A DNA stretch of 63,995 nt, counting the filler, from a bacterium (GTDB lineage Bacteria > JBBIVP01): the NCBI GenBank assembly GCA_037439705.1. It is 7 parts of 7 records of this genome, joined end to end, with 100 filler letters (N's around TTAATTAATTAA, not from the genome) between each part and the next. Parts side by side here need not be neighbours in the genome. Positions count along the whole stretch, not along the records: positions 49,980 to 59,454 come from JBBIVP010000074.1; positions 59,555 to 63,995 come from JBBIVP010000166.1; 5 more parts are not named here. One strand, 5' to 3'. Made by a program: the position numbers and the translations under genes. The notes beneath the pieces were generated by a model. It saw nothing but the letters and a program-made list of their open reading frames with translations. It did not search any database and was not told the DNA's origin. Of this stretch, positions 50,740 through 61,215 are shown piece by piece (within the stretch, counting starts at the first letter, position 1; each line of letters opens with the position of its first letter).

Positions 50740-50970
50740 CCATTTAAAATTTTAACATTTTTAAAACATAAATTCAAGCATTTCGGTGTTTGATTAAATT
50801 TCAACCATTATAAAATTTAACGAGAAAAATTTAATTGAAAATTTTGGCTGCTCTTCATTGTTATCTTTCTCCTCTTCTTTATCTCCCTATCCACTTTTTT
50901 AGAGGAGGGTAAAATGAGTGCCACAAATCAACAGGTTGAATCTATTGAGAGAAATTGCCTAAAATTTAAT

Positions 50971-51900
50971 CTATAATTTTTTTAAGAAATGCTCCCATGT
51001 CCTTTTGAGTCCTTCCCTTAACCTAATTTTTGGTTCCCAATTCAGGACATTTTTTGCAAGGGATATATCGGGCTGTCTTCTGTGAGGGTCGTCTTCCGGA
51101 AGGGGGAGGTATTTTATCTCCAGTTTTTTACCTGAAATTTCCATAAAGAGTTTTGCAACCTCCTTTATCTTCCATTCCTCCGGACTTCCAAGATTCATTG
51201 GACCGTTAAAATCTGATTCCATAAGTTTTATCAAACCCTCAATCATATCATCTATGTAGCAGAAACTTCTTGTATGTTCTCCGTTCCCGAACACTGTTAA
51301 GGGTTCATCATTCAGCGCCTGGTTTATAAAGTTAGGTATAACCCTTCCATCATCAAGCCTCATAAAGGGTCCGTATGTGTTGAATATCCTTGCTATCTTC
51401 ACATCAAGTTTATGAATTTTGTTATAAGCCATTGTAAGTGCTTCTGCGAATCTCTTGGCTTCATCGTAAACCCCCCTTGGTCCAACTGGATTCACATTAC
51501 CCCAGTATGTCTCTTTTTGTGGATGTTCAAGAGGGTCTCCGTAAACCTCTGATGTTGATGCGAGAAGAAATTTTGCTTTTTTATGAAGGGCAATGCCGAG
51601 AGCATTGTGGGTTCCATACGCTCCAGCCTTTAATGTCTGTATTGGATATTGAGCATAATCTTTTGGGCTTGCAGGTGAGGCAAGATGGAAAACTTGGTGA
51701 ATCTCTCCTTCAATAAAGATTGGTTTTGTAATATCATGTTTTATAAAGAGAAATTCTTTTCTCTTCATAAGGTCTTCAATGTTTGAAAGGTTCCCTGTAA
51801 GGAGATTATCAATACATATCACCTCATTTCCCATTTCAATGAGTTTTCGTGACAGATGAGAACCTATGAAACCAGCTCCACCTGTGATAAGAACCCTCAT
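50971..51900 (-). CDS. UDP-glucuronate decarboxylase family SDR
   Basis: [51 protein letters not shown]. Confidence 0.95.
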   Translation of the reverse strand: MRVLITGGAGFIGSHLSRKLIEMGNEVICIDNLLTGNLSNIEDLMKRKEFLFIKHDITKPIFIEGEIHQVFHLASPASPKDYAQYPIQTLKAGAYGTHNALGIALHKKAKFLLASTSEVYGDPLEHPQKETYWGNVNPVGPRGVYDEAKRFAEALTMAYNKIHKLDVKIARIFNTYGPFMRLDDGRVIPNFINQALNDEPLTVFGNGEHTRSFCYIDDMIEGLIKLMESDFNGPMNLGSPEEWKIKEVAKLFMEISGKKLEIKYLPLPEDDPHRRQPDISLAKNVLNWEPKIRLREGLKRTWEHFLKKL

Positions 51901-53285
51901 TTCTCTAAGACCATTTTTATTCTTCTTATGGATTCCTCAACGCCCAGCGATTTAATTAGATCAAATATACCAGGACTGACTGTTCTTCCCGTGAGGGCAA
52001 GTCTTACTGCCTGGGCTACATGAAGAAGTTTTAAACCGAGTGAATCTGCTATCTCTCTGAAGCCTTTTTCAAGAGTTTTTTCATCAACCTCTTCATTCTT
52101 CACTGTCTCAAGAAAAGAAGAAACCTTTTTTAAAGCCATTATTCCGTTTTCATCAAAAAACCTTTTACTTCCTTCTTCCTCGTATTTAAGTTCTCTGAGA
52201 AAATAGAAAGCAGACATTTCAGCTACTTCTTTAAGGGTCTTCGCCCTTATTTTTACATGTTCAAGGAGGTAAAGGTATCCTTTCTCCGGTTTTGGATTTA
52301 TTCCCATTTTTTTTAAAAATCCTTCAATTAATGGATAGAGTTCTTCGGGCGTTTTCTTCCTCATGTACTCAGCGTTTAACCAGTTAAGTTTTTCTATCTT
52401 GAAAACGGATGGAGATTTACCAACATCCTTTATGTCAAAAAGTCTTATAAGTTCATCTATTCCGAATATCTCCTGGTCGCCGTGCGACCATCCTAATCGG
52501 ACGAGAAAATTGAGCATAGCGGAAGGGAGGTAACCTTCATCCCTGTAGCTCAAAAGTGCAGTTGCTCCGTGTCTTTTGCTCAATCTTCCTCTGTCTTCTA
52601 CAAGTATGAGCGGAACATGGGCAAATTTAGGAATTTCTTTCCCAAGGGCTTCATAAAGAAGTATCTGTTTCGGAGTATTGTTTATGTGGTCTTCACCCCT
52701 TATTATATCAGTTATTCTCATATCAATGTCATCTACAACTACTGATAGATGATATGTTGGCATCCCGTTTGAACGAAGAATGACAAAGTCCTCTATTTCT
52801 TCTGCATAAAAAATGAGTTCCCCCCTTATCATGTCCTTGACCATTATAGTTCCCTCCAATGGAGATTTAAATCTTATTGCAAATGGCTGAGGTTTTATTT
52901 CTTTCAAATTTCTGCATTTTCTATCATATTTTGGAGGGATTCCGCTTTTTAATGCAGTTTCCCTTTTTCTTTCAAGCTCTTCCGGAGAGCAGTAGCATCT
53001 GTAAGCCTTTCCAGACTCAAGGAGGAGGTTAGCAATCTCTCTATACCTCTCAAGCCTTTTGCTCTGAAAATACGGTCCTTCATCCCAGTTTAAACCAAGC
53101 CACTCTAATCCTTCAAGGATGTTCTTTACAAATTCTTCTGATGAGCGTTCAAGATCTGTATCTTCAATCCTCAAAATGAATTTTCCGTTGTGGTGTCTCG
53201 CATACAGCCAGTTAAACAGTGCAGTCCTCGCTCCTCCTACATGGAGATAACCCGTTGGAGAAGGTGCAAATCTAACCCTTACCAT
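51897..53285 (-). CDS. gltX: Glutamate--tRNA ligase
   Basis: [31 protein letters not shown]. Confidence 0.97.
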   Translation of the reverse strand: MVRVRFAPSPTGYLHVGGARTALFNWLYARHHNGKFILRIEDTDLERSSEEFVKNILEGLEWLGLNWDEGPYFQSKRLERYREIANLLLESGKAYRCYCSPEELERKRETALKSGIPPKYDRKCRNLKEIKPQPFAIRFKSPLEGTIMVKDMIRGELIFYAEEIEDFVILRSNGMPTYHLSVVVDDIDMRITDIIRGEDHINNTPKQILLYEALGKEIPKFAHVPLILVEDRGRLSKRHGATALLSYRDEGYLPSAMLNFLVRLGWSHGDQEIFGIDELIRLFDIKDVGKSPSVFKIEKLNWLNAEYMRKKTPEELYPLIEGFLKKMGINPKPEKGYLYLLEHVKIRAKTLKEVAEMSAFYFLRELKYEEEGSKRFFDENGIMALKKVSSFLETVKNEEVDEKTLEKGFREIADSLGLKLLHVAQAVRLALTGRTVSPGIFDLIKSLGVEESIRRIKMVLEK

Positions 53286-54313
53286 CAGTCAACCTTAAGC
53301 ACAACTTTTCCAATGACTTCCTTTTCTTCAAGAATTCTGTGCCCCTCTTTTGCTTCTTTAAGTGGAAGGACTTTATAAACCACCGGCTTGAGCACCCCCC
53401 TTTTCACAAGTTCAAGGACTTCAAACAGGTCACCCTTTGACCCCATTGTTGAACCAATTATTGATAATTGCTTGAAAAATATATGTCTCAGGTCTATCTC
53501 AGCGTTAAATCCTGAAGTAGCGCCACAGATGACAATTCTTCCGCCCCATTTGAGAGAGGCTATTTTTTTATCCCAGTTCACTACTCCTGTGTGGTCAAGA
53601 ATTAAATCCACGCCTCCACCTGTAATTTCTTTTATTCTTTTTGGTATGTCTTCTTTTGAGTAGTTTATGACTTCATCTGCTCCAAGCTCTTTTGCCTTTG
53701 CAAGTTTTTCATCGCTTGATGCACCTGCTATAACATAAGCTCCAATCGCTTTTGCAATTTGAATCGCTGCTGTGCTGACACCACTTCCAGCAGCTGTGAT
53801 GAAAACCGTTTCCTGTGGCTGGAGATTTGCTTTTTTCACAATCATATGCCAGGCAGTTAGAAAAACGAGAGGAATGGCAGATGCTTCTTCAAAAGACATT
53901 CCTTCAGGAAAAGGAAGTACATTTTCCTGGGGAATAACGACATATTCCGCATATCCACCATTTATACCTTCTCCGAGGATGTGGTAATTTTTACAGAGAT
54001 TATCTCTTCCAGATAAACACATTTTACATTTTCCACAGCTCACTCCCGGAGAAATCAGAACCTTTTCACCTGTTTTCAATCCATCAACTCCTTCTCCCAG
54101 TTCTGCTATTTCCCCTGCTATATCTGCTCCGAGAATGTGGGGATATTTGAGTTTCAAACCAGGAATTCCTCTTCTCACCCATATATCAAGGTGATTTAAT
54201 GCGCAGGCTTTAATTTTTACAAGGACCTGCTTAGGAGAAGGTTTTGGAGTCGGAATTTCTTCATACTTTAACACATCTCTGTTCCCATGTTCGTAAATCA
54301 CCACCGCTTTCAT
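53285..54313 (-). CDS. Zinc-binding MDR dehydrogenase/quinone oxidoreductase-like
   Basis: ALNHLD; CGKCKMC...C structural Zn site; GGYAEY; GATSG; GSTMG. Confidence 0.9.
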   Translation of the reverse strand: MKAVVIYEHGNRDVLKYEEIPTPKPSPKQVLVKIKACALNHLDIWVRRGIPGLKLKYPHILGADIAGEIAELGEGVDGLKTGEKVLISPGVSCGKCKMCLSGRDNLCKNYHILGEGINGGYAEYVVIPQENVLPFPEGMSFEEASAIPLVFLTAWHMIVKKANLQPQETVFITAAGSGVSTAAIQIAKAIGAYVIAGASSDEKLAKAKELGADEVINYSKEDIPKRIKEITGGGVDLILDHTGVVNWDKKIASLKWGGRIVICGATSGFNAEIDLRHIFFKQLSIIGSTMGSKGDLFEVLELVKRGVLKPVVYKVLPLKEAKEGHRILEEKEVIGKVVLKVD

Positions 54314-54434
54314 CTCCTGCCTCCAGAATTTTTAAAAAAGTTATCACAGAAGGCAATTTAAAACAAACTTAGGTTTTACAGTCTATTACCTTTTTACCAG
54401 TTGAAAGAGGTTTAAGAACTTTCTCCTTAACTTT

Positions 54435-54668
54435 TTATTCTATTATTTCTAAGTGAATTCTTTTGTTAATTTTATTTCCTATAGCGTTAAGGAGGGTTCT
54501 TATTGCTTTTGCATTTCTTCCCTCCTTCCCTATGACCTTGCCGAGGTCCTCTTTGGCAACCCTTAACTCTATTACATTTGTCTGGGTGCCTTCAAGGACA
54601 TTCACCTTTACTTCGTTTGGCTTGTCCACTATGAGCTTCGCTATGCTCTCTACCATTTCTTTAACCAT
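54435..54668 (-). CDS. khpA: KH-domain RNA-binding protein KhpA
   Basis: LRVAKEDLGKVIGKEGRNAKAIRTLL; directly after rpsP. Confidence 0.93.
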   Translation of the reverse strand: MVKEMVESIAKLIVDKPNEVKVNVLEGTQTNVIELRVAKEDLGKVIGKEGRNAKAIRTLLNAIGNKINKRIHLEIIE

Positions 54669-54924
54669 TGCTCACCTCCGTCTGTGGAATTTCTTTTTCT
54701 CTAATTTTCACAAGTCGTGAAACTGCAGGAGTAAGCTCCGCCCCTTTTTTAATCCATTCTCTTAATTTTTCCATTTCAATATGGGATTTATTCACGAGAG
54801 GGTCGTAATACCCGAGCATATCAATGAAGTTGGTGTATCTCGGTTTTTTTGAATCCACAACCACAATCCGATATGAAGGCTTTTTCTTTTTTCCTGTTCT
54901 TGCAAGTCTTATTCTCACTGCCAT
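54661..54924 (-). CDS. rpsP: 30S ribosomal protein S16
   Basis: MAVRIRLARTGKKKKPSYRIVV; LGYYDP; WIKKGA. Confidence 0.96.
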   Translation of the reverse strand: MAVRIRLARTGKKKKPSYRIVVVDSKKPRYTNFIDMLGYYDPLVNKSHIEMEKLREWIKKGAELTPAVSRLVKIREKEIPQTEVSNG

Positions 54925-54925
54925 T

Positions 54926-56216
54926 TTATCCTCCAAAAAGATTCAGGATGTTTATATTTTTAAACCTTTTCATAATTTTTTTCAAGTTTTTATAAGATTT
55001 AAGAACTCTATTGACATCAGCCACTGTTGTCCCACTTCCTTTTGCAATCCTCAATCTTCTGTTGCCATCAATTATCTCGGGATTTGCCCTTTCCTTTTTG
55101 GTCATAGATAGGATAATTGCCTCAGTTTTTTTCAAACTTTCCTCTGCGAATAGAAAATCAATATCATTATTCAATCCTGAGGAACCAGGAAGAAGAGGCA
55201 GGATTTTTCTTAATCCCCCCATCCTTTTTAAAATGGCTATATGCTCAAGGAGGTCATCAAGGGTAAACTCCGCTTTTTTGAGTTTTTCTTCCATTTTCCT
55301 TGCCTTTTCCTCATCTATAGTTTTTGCAACTTTTTCCATAATACCTTCAATGTCTCCAAAGGAAAGGAGTCTTTTTGCTATTCTATCTGGCAAAAACCTT
55401 TCAAGGTCATCCAGCTTTTCTCCGGTTCCAAGAAATTTTACTGGTCTTCCAGTGACTTTACGAACAGAAAGGACCGCTCCTCCTCTTGTATCTGTATCCA
55501 CTTTTGTGAAGACCAATCCCGTAATTGGAACTGCCCTTTTAAATTCGGTTGCAATTCTTATTGCTTCCTGTCCTGTCATCGCATCAATAACGAGGAGGTG
55601 CTCAGATGGTCTTATCTCATTATAAATTTTATTGAGTTCCTTCAACAATTCTTTATCAATGTGAAGCCTTCCTGCAGTGTCAAAAATTGCTACATCGTAG
55701 GCTTTACTTTTTGCAAACTTTAATCCCTTTGATGCAACCCTTACCGGATCTGTATAGCCTTCCGGGTCAAAGAAATCAACTCCTGCTTTTTGAGAAAGAG
55801 CACCTTTTCAAATCACATGGAATAAGGATAACGGATTTTCCCCTTTCTCTCAGAAATAGTGCAATTTTTCCGCAGGTGGTTGTCTTTCCGCTTCCATTAA
55901 GTCCACTTATCATGATTGAAGAGGGTTTCCCCTTAAGAATCAGTTCTTCGCCTCCACCCAAAAGGTTTTTTATCTCGTCATAAAGGGTGAATATGAAAAA
56001 ATCTCCAGGAGAAACTCCCTGTGGAACCTCTTTTCCACTTATTTTCTCTTTGATTCTGTTAACTATCTCATGGGCTATTTCATAATGAACATCTGCATCT
56101 ATGAGGTTTTTTATTGTTTCAGAAGTAATCTCTTTAAGAAGGGAATCCGTCATAACTGCTATTCCACTCACCCTGTTGATTATTGTAGAAAATTTTTGTG
56201 TCAGTCCCTCAAACAT
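54926..56216 (-). CDS. ffh: Signal recognition particle protein, split by a frameshifting deletion near 55802
   Basis: MFEGL; LIDADV; GLNGSGKTTT. After CDLKR a second frame gives DTAGRLHID, DAMTGQ, TKVD, GTGEK and M-domain SMT..ER..P. Confidence 0.94.
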
Positions 56217-56220
56217 GACA

Positions 56221-57414
56221 TTATTTCTCCAGCGGAATTATTTTCACTTTTAAATCCTTTATGTCGGGAAGCATTTCGTTCATAACGCAGAGTTGAAATA
56301 CGAAAGAGTAATTTCCCTTATTTAATTTTTCAAATCCGTTGAGTTTCCATGAAAGGGAGAATCCGTCCTCCTTTTTTGAAAAAATAATGTTTCCGTTTAT
56401 TTTTTCTTTTATTTCAGAGGGAATAAGTAAGTGGGCAATGAAGGAGTTTTCTGAACCTTTAAATTCAATTTCTCTCACATCAGGGACAGTTCTTTCTTCC
56501 ATATTGTTCAATTTTCCAGGTGAGACCATACTGCCATCCGGAAGAAGTATATTAAACTTTTCCAGCGCATTTGTAAAATCAAAGGAGAGGTTTAAAAATG
56601 CTTCGTCTACAAATGTTGAGGGTTTTATGGGGATATTTACTTCGGTTGGAAAATTTCCGCATGCTCTATAAGTAATGGATGTTCTCAAAGCCTTTGGGGT
56701 CTGAATCCCTTTTGCTATTCTCATCCTATAATTCATAAGTTTTACAAGTCGGACAGGTCCATCTGTATAACCTGCAACATCCGCAGAGAGGTCTTCCTCT
56801 GTTCTTTCAAATTTTATCTTTCCTTTAAGGGATGAAATATTGAGGTGAAGTCGGAAATTCTTGATAAGGTTTTCTCGGACACCTTTTATTAAAAAATGAT
56901 TAAGAACTGCATGGTTTGAAGAATTTATGGACCCGTAAGAGAAGAATTCGGAAGAAAAGAGGTCATTGAACGGGAGATAGGATATATATTTTTTGGATTC
57001 CCTTTCTCCTGAGCCTACATAGAAAAAACAGGTTTTTCCATCCATTTCAACTTGTATTTCGTAAATATCTCTCATATCCCTGAATGGTGATTTTTCTCCA
57101 CAATCAGATGCCATAAAAACGATTTCGTCATCGCCGTTAAACTTTCCGAACTTCCATCCATCTCTTCTTTTTTTAAAATCTCCATTATCCCTTACATAAG
57201 TGGTAAGGTAATTTCCATTTTTGTCAACCTCATCTATTTGAAAAGAAACAGACCCCCTTTTTCCATCTCTGTAAACGGAGACACTTATCTCATCAACAGG
57301 CTTTTTTTCAATAAGTGGTAGTTCCTTTGCTTTTATTATTACAGGGGGGTCAACGAGAAGAATAAAATTTATTAAAATCCAGTAGCCCATTTTCAAAGAT
57401 TTTTTACAATTCAT
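56221..57414 (-). CDS. Hypothetical exported protein
   Basis: 397-aa ORF with hydrophobic N-terminus; FQIDE, DDEIVFMA and YTDGPVR segments; no recognised function. Confidence 0.6.
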   Translation of the reverse strand: MNCKKSLKMGYWILINFILLVDPPVIIKAKELPLIEKKPVDEISVSVYRDGKRGSVSFQIDEVDKNGNYLTTYVRDNGDFKKRRDGWKFGKFNGDDEIVFMASDCGEKSPFRDMRDIYEIQVEMDGKTCFFYVGSGERESKKYISYLPFNDLFSSEFFSYGSINSSNHAVLNHFLIKGVRENLIKNFRLHLNISSLKGKIKFERTEEDLSADVAGYTDGPVRLVKLMNYRMRIAKGIQTPKALRTSITYRACGNFPTEVNIPIKPSTFVDEAFLNLSFDFTNALEKFNILLPDGSMVSPGKLNNMEERTVPDVREIEFKGSENSFIAHLLIPSEIKEKINGNIIFSKKEDGFSLSWKLNGFEKLNKGNYSFVFQLCVMNEMLPDIKDLKVKIIPLEK

Positions 57415-57593
57415 TTAAAGTCAAGTCAATTTTTTATCCTGTTACGGATGAGTAATATATCCCGATCCGGAATACAATCCTGCTTTATCTTTTTGGCCCA
57501 CTCAATTCTTTTCACTCCATTACAGAAATCATGCATGTATTGTTTTCCAACACAATTTGACTTTAAATATAAAAAATTGGTATTCTATAAGAA

Positions 57594-59454
57594 ATGAAGG
57601 ATAAAGAGCAAAGGCAGAAACTACTCATAAAGAAGGCGATTGAGGAATACACAAAAAGAGGAGACTATAAACTTGCTATTGAGGAATGTAAGAAATATCT
57701 GAACCTACCGGGAATTCTTTCAAAGGATTATCTTGAAATGAAAAAGAAAATGGCGGACCTGTATGAAAAACTTAAGGATTATCCAAATATGATTAAAGAA
57801 TATCTGGAAATTACGGATATATACATAAAAGAAGGATTTGCATCAAAAGCTCCATCCCTTCTGAGAAAAGCCATAACCCTTGCCCCTCAAAATGAAAAAA
57901 TTTTAGAAAAGATGACCGAAGTTTATGAGGCTATGGGGTGGAGAAGCGAGATGGTAAAAACCTACCTTCAGTTAATAGAGGTATATGCTGAAAGAAAAGA
58001 ACATTATAAGGCTATTGATATTTACAGGAAACTTCTTGAAATTGATCAGGGTAACATTCAGAACAGAGTAAAGTTTGTAGATTACCTGATTCACATAGGA
58101 TATACAGACGAAGCAAAGGAGGAAATTAACCTACTGCTTGAAAAACTTGCTACAGCGGATGACAAAAGAGTTATCCTTCCTATCTTTAAAAAAGCTCCAA
58201 ATCTATTTCCAGATGAATCCCTTAAACTGATAGCGGAGGCTTTTTATGCTAATGGGGAATACAAGGCAGGAATAAATGTAATAAAGCATTATATGGAGAA
58301 AACGGGCAGGAAGCGGGAAGCAGATATATTTGAACTACTTGCATATGGTTTTCAGGCTATCGGAGATAAAGAAAAATCTCTTATAGCTCTAAGGGGGCTC
58401 CTGGATATATACAAAAAACAGAAAGACAATAAAAAATTAAGAAATGTGTATGAAAGAATTCTTCAAATAGACCCAGAAAATCAGGAAGTTAAAGCCTTTC
58501 TCAGCAAAACAGAAATTGAAGGAGAAGAGGATTTTTACTCAAAACCTCCATCCCTTATAAAAACAGATAGCCTTTCACTGGCTCTTACAAAGCTTGAGAT
58601 TTATATAAAGTTTCCTTTTGAAGGGTACAGAGAAAAGGCAGAGGAAATTTTAAGGAACATAAACATCCTTTCCATTGAGGAAGAACTGTATCTTGACAGA
58701 ATAATGAAAATATTAGAAAAACTCGGTCACCAGGAACTTTTTTCTCTTGCTGCCTACAGGTTAGCCTATCTTTGGAAAGAGAAAGGAGACACAGAGAAAG
58801 CTTTAAAATATCTCAACCTTTCGCTCTCTGCCTGGCCCGATAATACCCTTGCAAAAGAACTTCTTTCAAAGATATTACCACAAAAAGAGGTTTCAGAAGA
58901 AGAGGAGATAGTTACAGAGGTGGAAATAGAGGAGGTGCCCAAGGAATCCATTCCGATAGAGGTGGAAGAAGAAAAAATAGGACAAGAAGAAGAATTTAAA
59001 GTTACTCCTGTTGAAGAGGTAAAGGATGGTGAATATGACCTTGAAAAGGCACTTATCCATGCTGAAGAGGAATTTCGGGAAGAGGTTAAAGTTGCCCCCC
59101 CTGAGCCTGAGGAAGAGATAAAAATTGAATTGCCCGAATACAAAGAAAAACCAGAAGAGGAAATAAAAGTTGAGCTGCCCGAATATAAAGAAAAACCTGA
59201 AGAAGAAATAAAAATTGAAATGCCTGAGGAATTTGAAAGTCCGAAAGAAGAAAAAATTTATGAAGAAATCCTTGTAGAGCCACTAAAAGGGGTTGAGGAG
59301 ATTTCAAAAGAAGAAAGGATTGATGCAAACTATATAGATTCTCTCATCAAAGATGCCCAGTTTTTTAAAGAGATTGGAGATTATAACACAGTGAAGGAAA
59401 CATGCAATGAGATATTAAAACTTGACCCCAAAAATGTTTTTGCAACCTCTCTCT
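57594..59454 (+). CDS. Large tetratricopeptide-repeat protein with acidic linker (3' truncated)
   Basis: Multiple TPRs (AIDIYRKLLEIDQ, VYERILQIDPEN, ILKLDPKN); Glu-rich region. Confidence 0.85.
59106..59227 (+). repeat. 45-bp coding tandem repeat (about 2.7 copies; PEEEIK[IV]ELPEYKEK)
   Basis: Units begin at 59106, 59151 and 59196; mostly synonymous divergence. Confidence 0.85.
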
Positions 59455-59554
59455 NNNNNNNNNNNNNNNNNNNNNNNNNNNNNNNNNNNNNNNNNNNNTT
59501 AATTAATTAANNNNNNNNNNNNNNNNNNNNNNNNNNNNNNNNNNNNNNNNNNNN
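59455..59554. other. Artificial contig-joining spacer
   Basis: N-TTAATTAATTAA-N, 100 nt. Confidence 0.98.
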
Positions 59555-59625
59555 AACATTCAGCAGATGCCCTTGCGGTAGCAGTTCATTGCATAAAGAC
59601 ATGTAAATATGATAGGATTTCTTAA
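59555..59625 (+). CDS. ruvC: Holliday junction resolvase RuvC, C-terminal fragment
   Basis: HSADALAVAVHC matches the RuvC D..DALA.A motif; immediately upstream of ruvA. Confidence 0.75.
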
Positions 59626-60190
59626 AGGAAGGGTTGTTTCTAAAACTCCAGAAAAAGTCCTCGTAGATGTTAATGGAATTGGCTTTTCTGTCTGGATAAC
59701 CCTCAATACTTATTCCAGATTAAGGGAGGGAGAAGATGTTTTTATACTTACATATCAATATGTTTCTGACGGAGAGGTTTCACTTTATGGATTTATAGAT
59801 GAAAATGAAAAAAGGGCTTTTGAGATGCTTCTACAGGTTCAGGGAATAGGACCGAAACTTGCGAGAAACATACTTTCTGGAATTTCATCTGATGAATTGG
59901 CAGAAGCGATAGCAAATAAGGATATGACGAGGCTCTTAAAGGTTCCAGGGGTCGGCAAAAAACTTGCTGAAAAGATAATTTTTATGCTCAAGGATTCATA
60001 CACGACATTCATTAAGGATGAGGGTTATGAGGTGTGGAGTGCTATCCGTTCATCCTTGATGAATCTTGGGTTCAGGTCTCAGGAAGTAGAGGAGGTATTA
60101 AGAATTTTGAAAGAAAAAGTAGGAAAAATTGGGATTGAGGAAGGAGTAAGGGAAGCATTGAGAATGCTTGGAGGAAGAAAAGGCGTATGA
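59609..60190 (+). CDS. ruvA: Holliday junction branch migration protein RuvA
   Basis: [29 protein letters not shown]. Confidence 0.96.
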   Translation: MIGFLKGRVVSKTPEKVLVDVNGIGFSVWITLNTYSRLREGEDVFILTYQYVSDGEVSLYGFIDENEKRAFEMLLQVQGIGPKLARNILSGISSDELAEAIANKDMTRLLKVPGVGKKLAEKIIFMLKDSYTTFIKDEGYEVWSAIRSSLMNLGFRSQEVEEVLRILKEKVGKIGIEEGVREALRMLGGRKGV

Positions 60191-61215
60191 GAAAAGAAGA
60201 TAACACCTATAGAAGCTTTGTGTCCTTACCAGATGAGGAAGAGAGGGATTTGGAATGCAGTCTCAGACCTTCTAAATTGAAAGACTACATAGGTCAGAAG
60301 GAATTAAAAGAAAACCTTTCAGTTTTTATAAAAGCAGCTGAAGAAAGAAATGAACCTCTTTCTCACATTTTGCTGTGTGGTCCCCCGGGACTCGGGAAAA
60401 CTACCCTTGCTCACATAATATCAAACGAACTGGGAGTGAGAATATTTGTAACATCTGGCCCTGCCCTTGAAAGACCAGGAGACCTTGCAGGAATACTGAC
60501 AAACCTTTCTTACCGTGATATCTTATTTATAGATGAAATTCACAGACTTCATCGTTCAATAGAAGAGTATCTTTATCCTGCTATGGAAGATTTTTACATA
60601 GATATTGTAACGGGAAAGGGAATTTCTGCTTCTACCCTCAGAATTCCAATTCAAAAATTTACCCTTATAGGAGCGACCACAAGGATGGGGCTTCTTACAG
60701 CTCCTTTAAGAAATCGCTTCGGATTTGTGGGTAGACTTGAATTTTATACAAAGGATGAATTAAAGGAAATAGCAATGAAAACTGCAGTTCTTCTCAGAGT
60801 TGAACTTACTGATGATGGAGCAGAGGAAATAGCAAAAAGGTCAAGGGGAACTCCAAGAATTACCATCAGGCTTCTTAAAATGCTGAGAGATTTTGCGCAG
60901 ATAAAAGGTTGTAATATAACAAGGGAACTTGCGAAAGAGGCTCTTAATAAACTTGGTATTGATGAACTCGGACTGGAAAAAATTGACAGGGAACTTCTCA
61001 GTTTGATAATAGAAAAATTCGGGGGTGGACCTGTTGGGATAAAAACCCTTTCAAATGCAATGCATGAAGATGAGGATACAATAGAAAATGTGATAGAGCC
61101 GTATTTGATGAGACTTGGATTTGTTCAGAGAACCTCCAAGGGAAGAATTGCTACTCCACTTGCTTATTCCTATTTGGGGTACAAAATTAAAAAAAGACAG
61201 GAGTCATTTTTCTGA
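60187..61215 (+). CDS. ruvB: Holliday junction helicase RuvB
   Basis: [40 protein letters not shown]. Confidence 0.98.
   Translation: MRKEDNTYRSFVSLPDEEERDLECSLRPSKLKDYIGQKELKENLSVFIKAAEERNEPLSHILLCGPPGLGKTTLAHIISNELGVRIFVTSGPALERPGDLAGILTNLSYRDILFIDEIHRLHRSIEEYLYPAMEDFYIDIVTGKGISASTLRIPIQKFTLIGATTRMGLLTAPLRNRFGFVGRLEFYTKDELKEIAMKTAVLLRVELTDDGAEEIAKRSRGTPRITIRLLKMLRDFAQIKGCNITRELAKEALNKLGIDELGLEKIDRELLSLIIEKFGGGPVGIKTLSNAMHEDEDTIENVIEPYLMRLGFVQRTSKGRIATPLAYSYLGYKIKKRQESFF

Noticed and set aside
8110-55815. Programmed ribosomal frameshifting in alr and ffh
   Set aside because: No slippery sequence at the junctions, and conserved residues are physically missing, which frameshifting could not restore.
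59106-59227. CRISPR-like periodic repeat
   Set aside because: In-frame 45-bp coding repeat without unique spacers; no cas genes.
10012-59554. Regularly spaced TTAATTAATTAA palindrome about every 10 kb as a biological repeat
   Set aside because: Always centred in exactly 100 nt of Ns; it is a six-frame-stop contig linker. Contig lengths decrease monotonically, so adjacency across spacers has no meaning.
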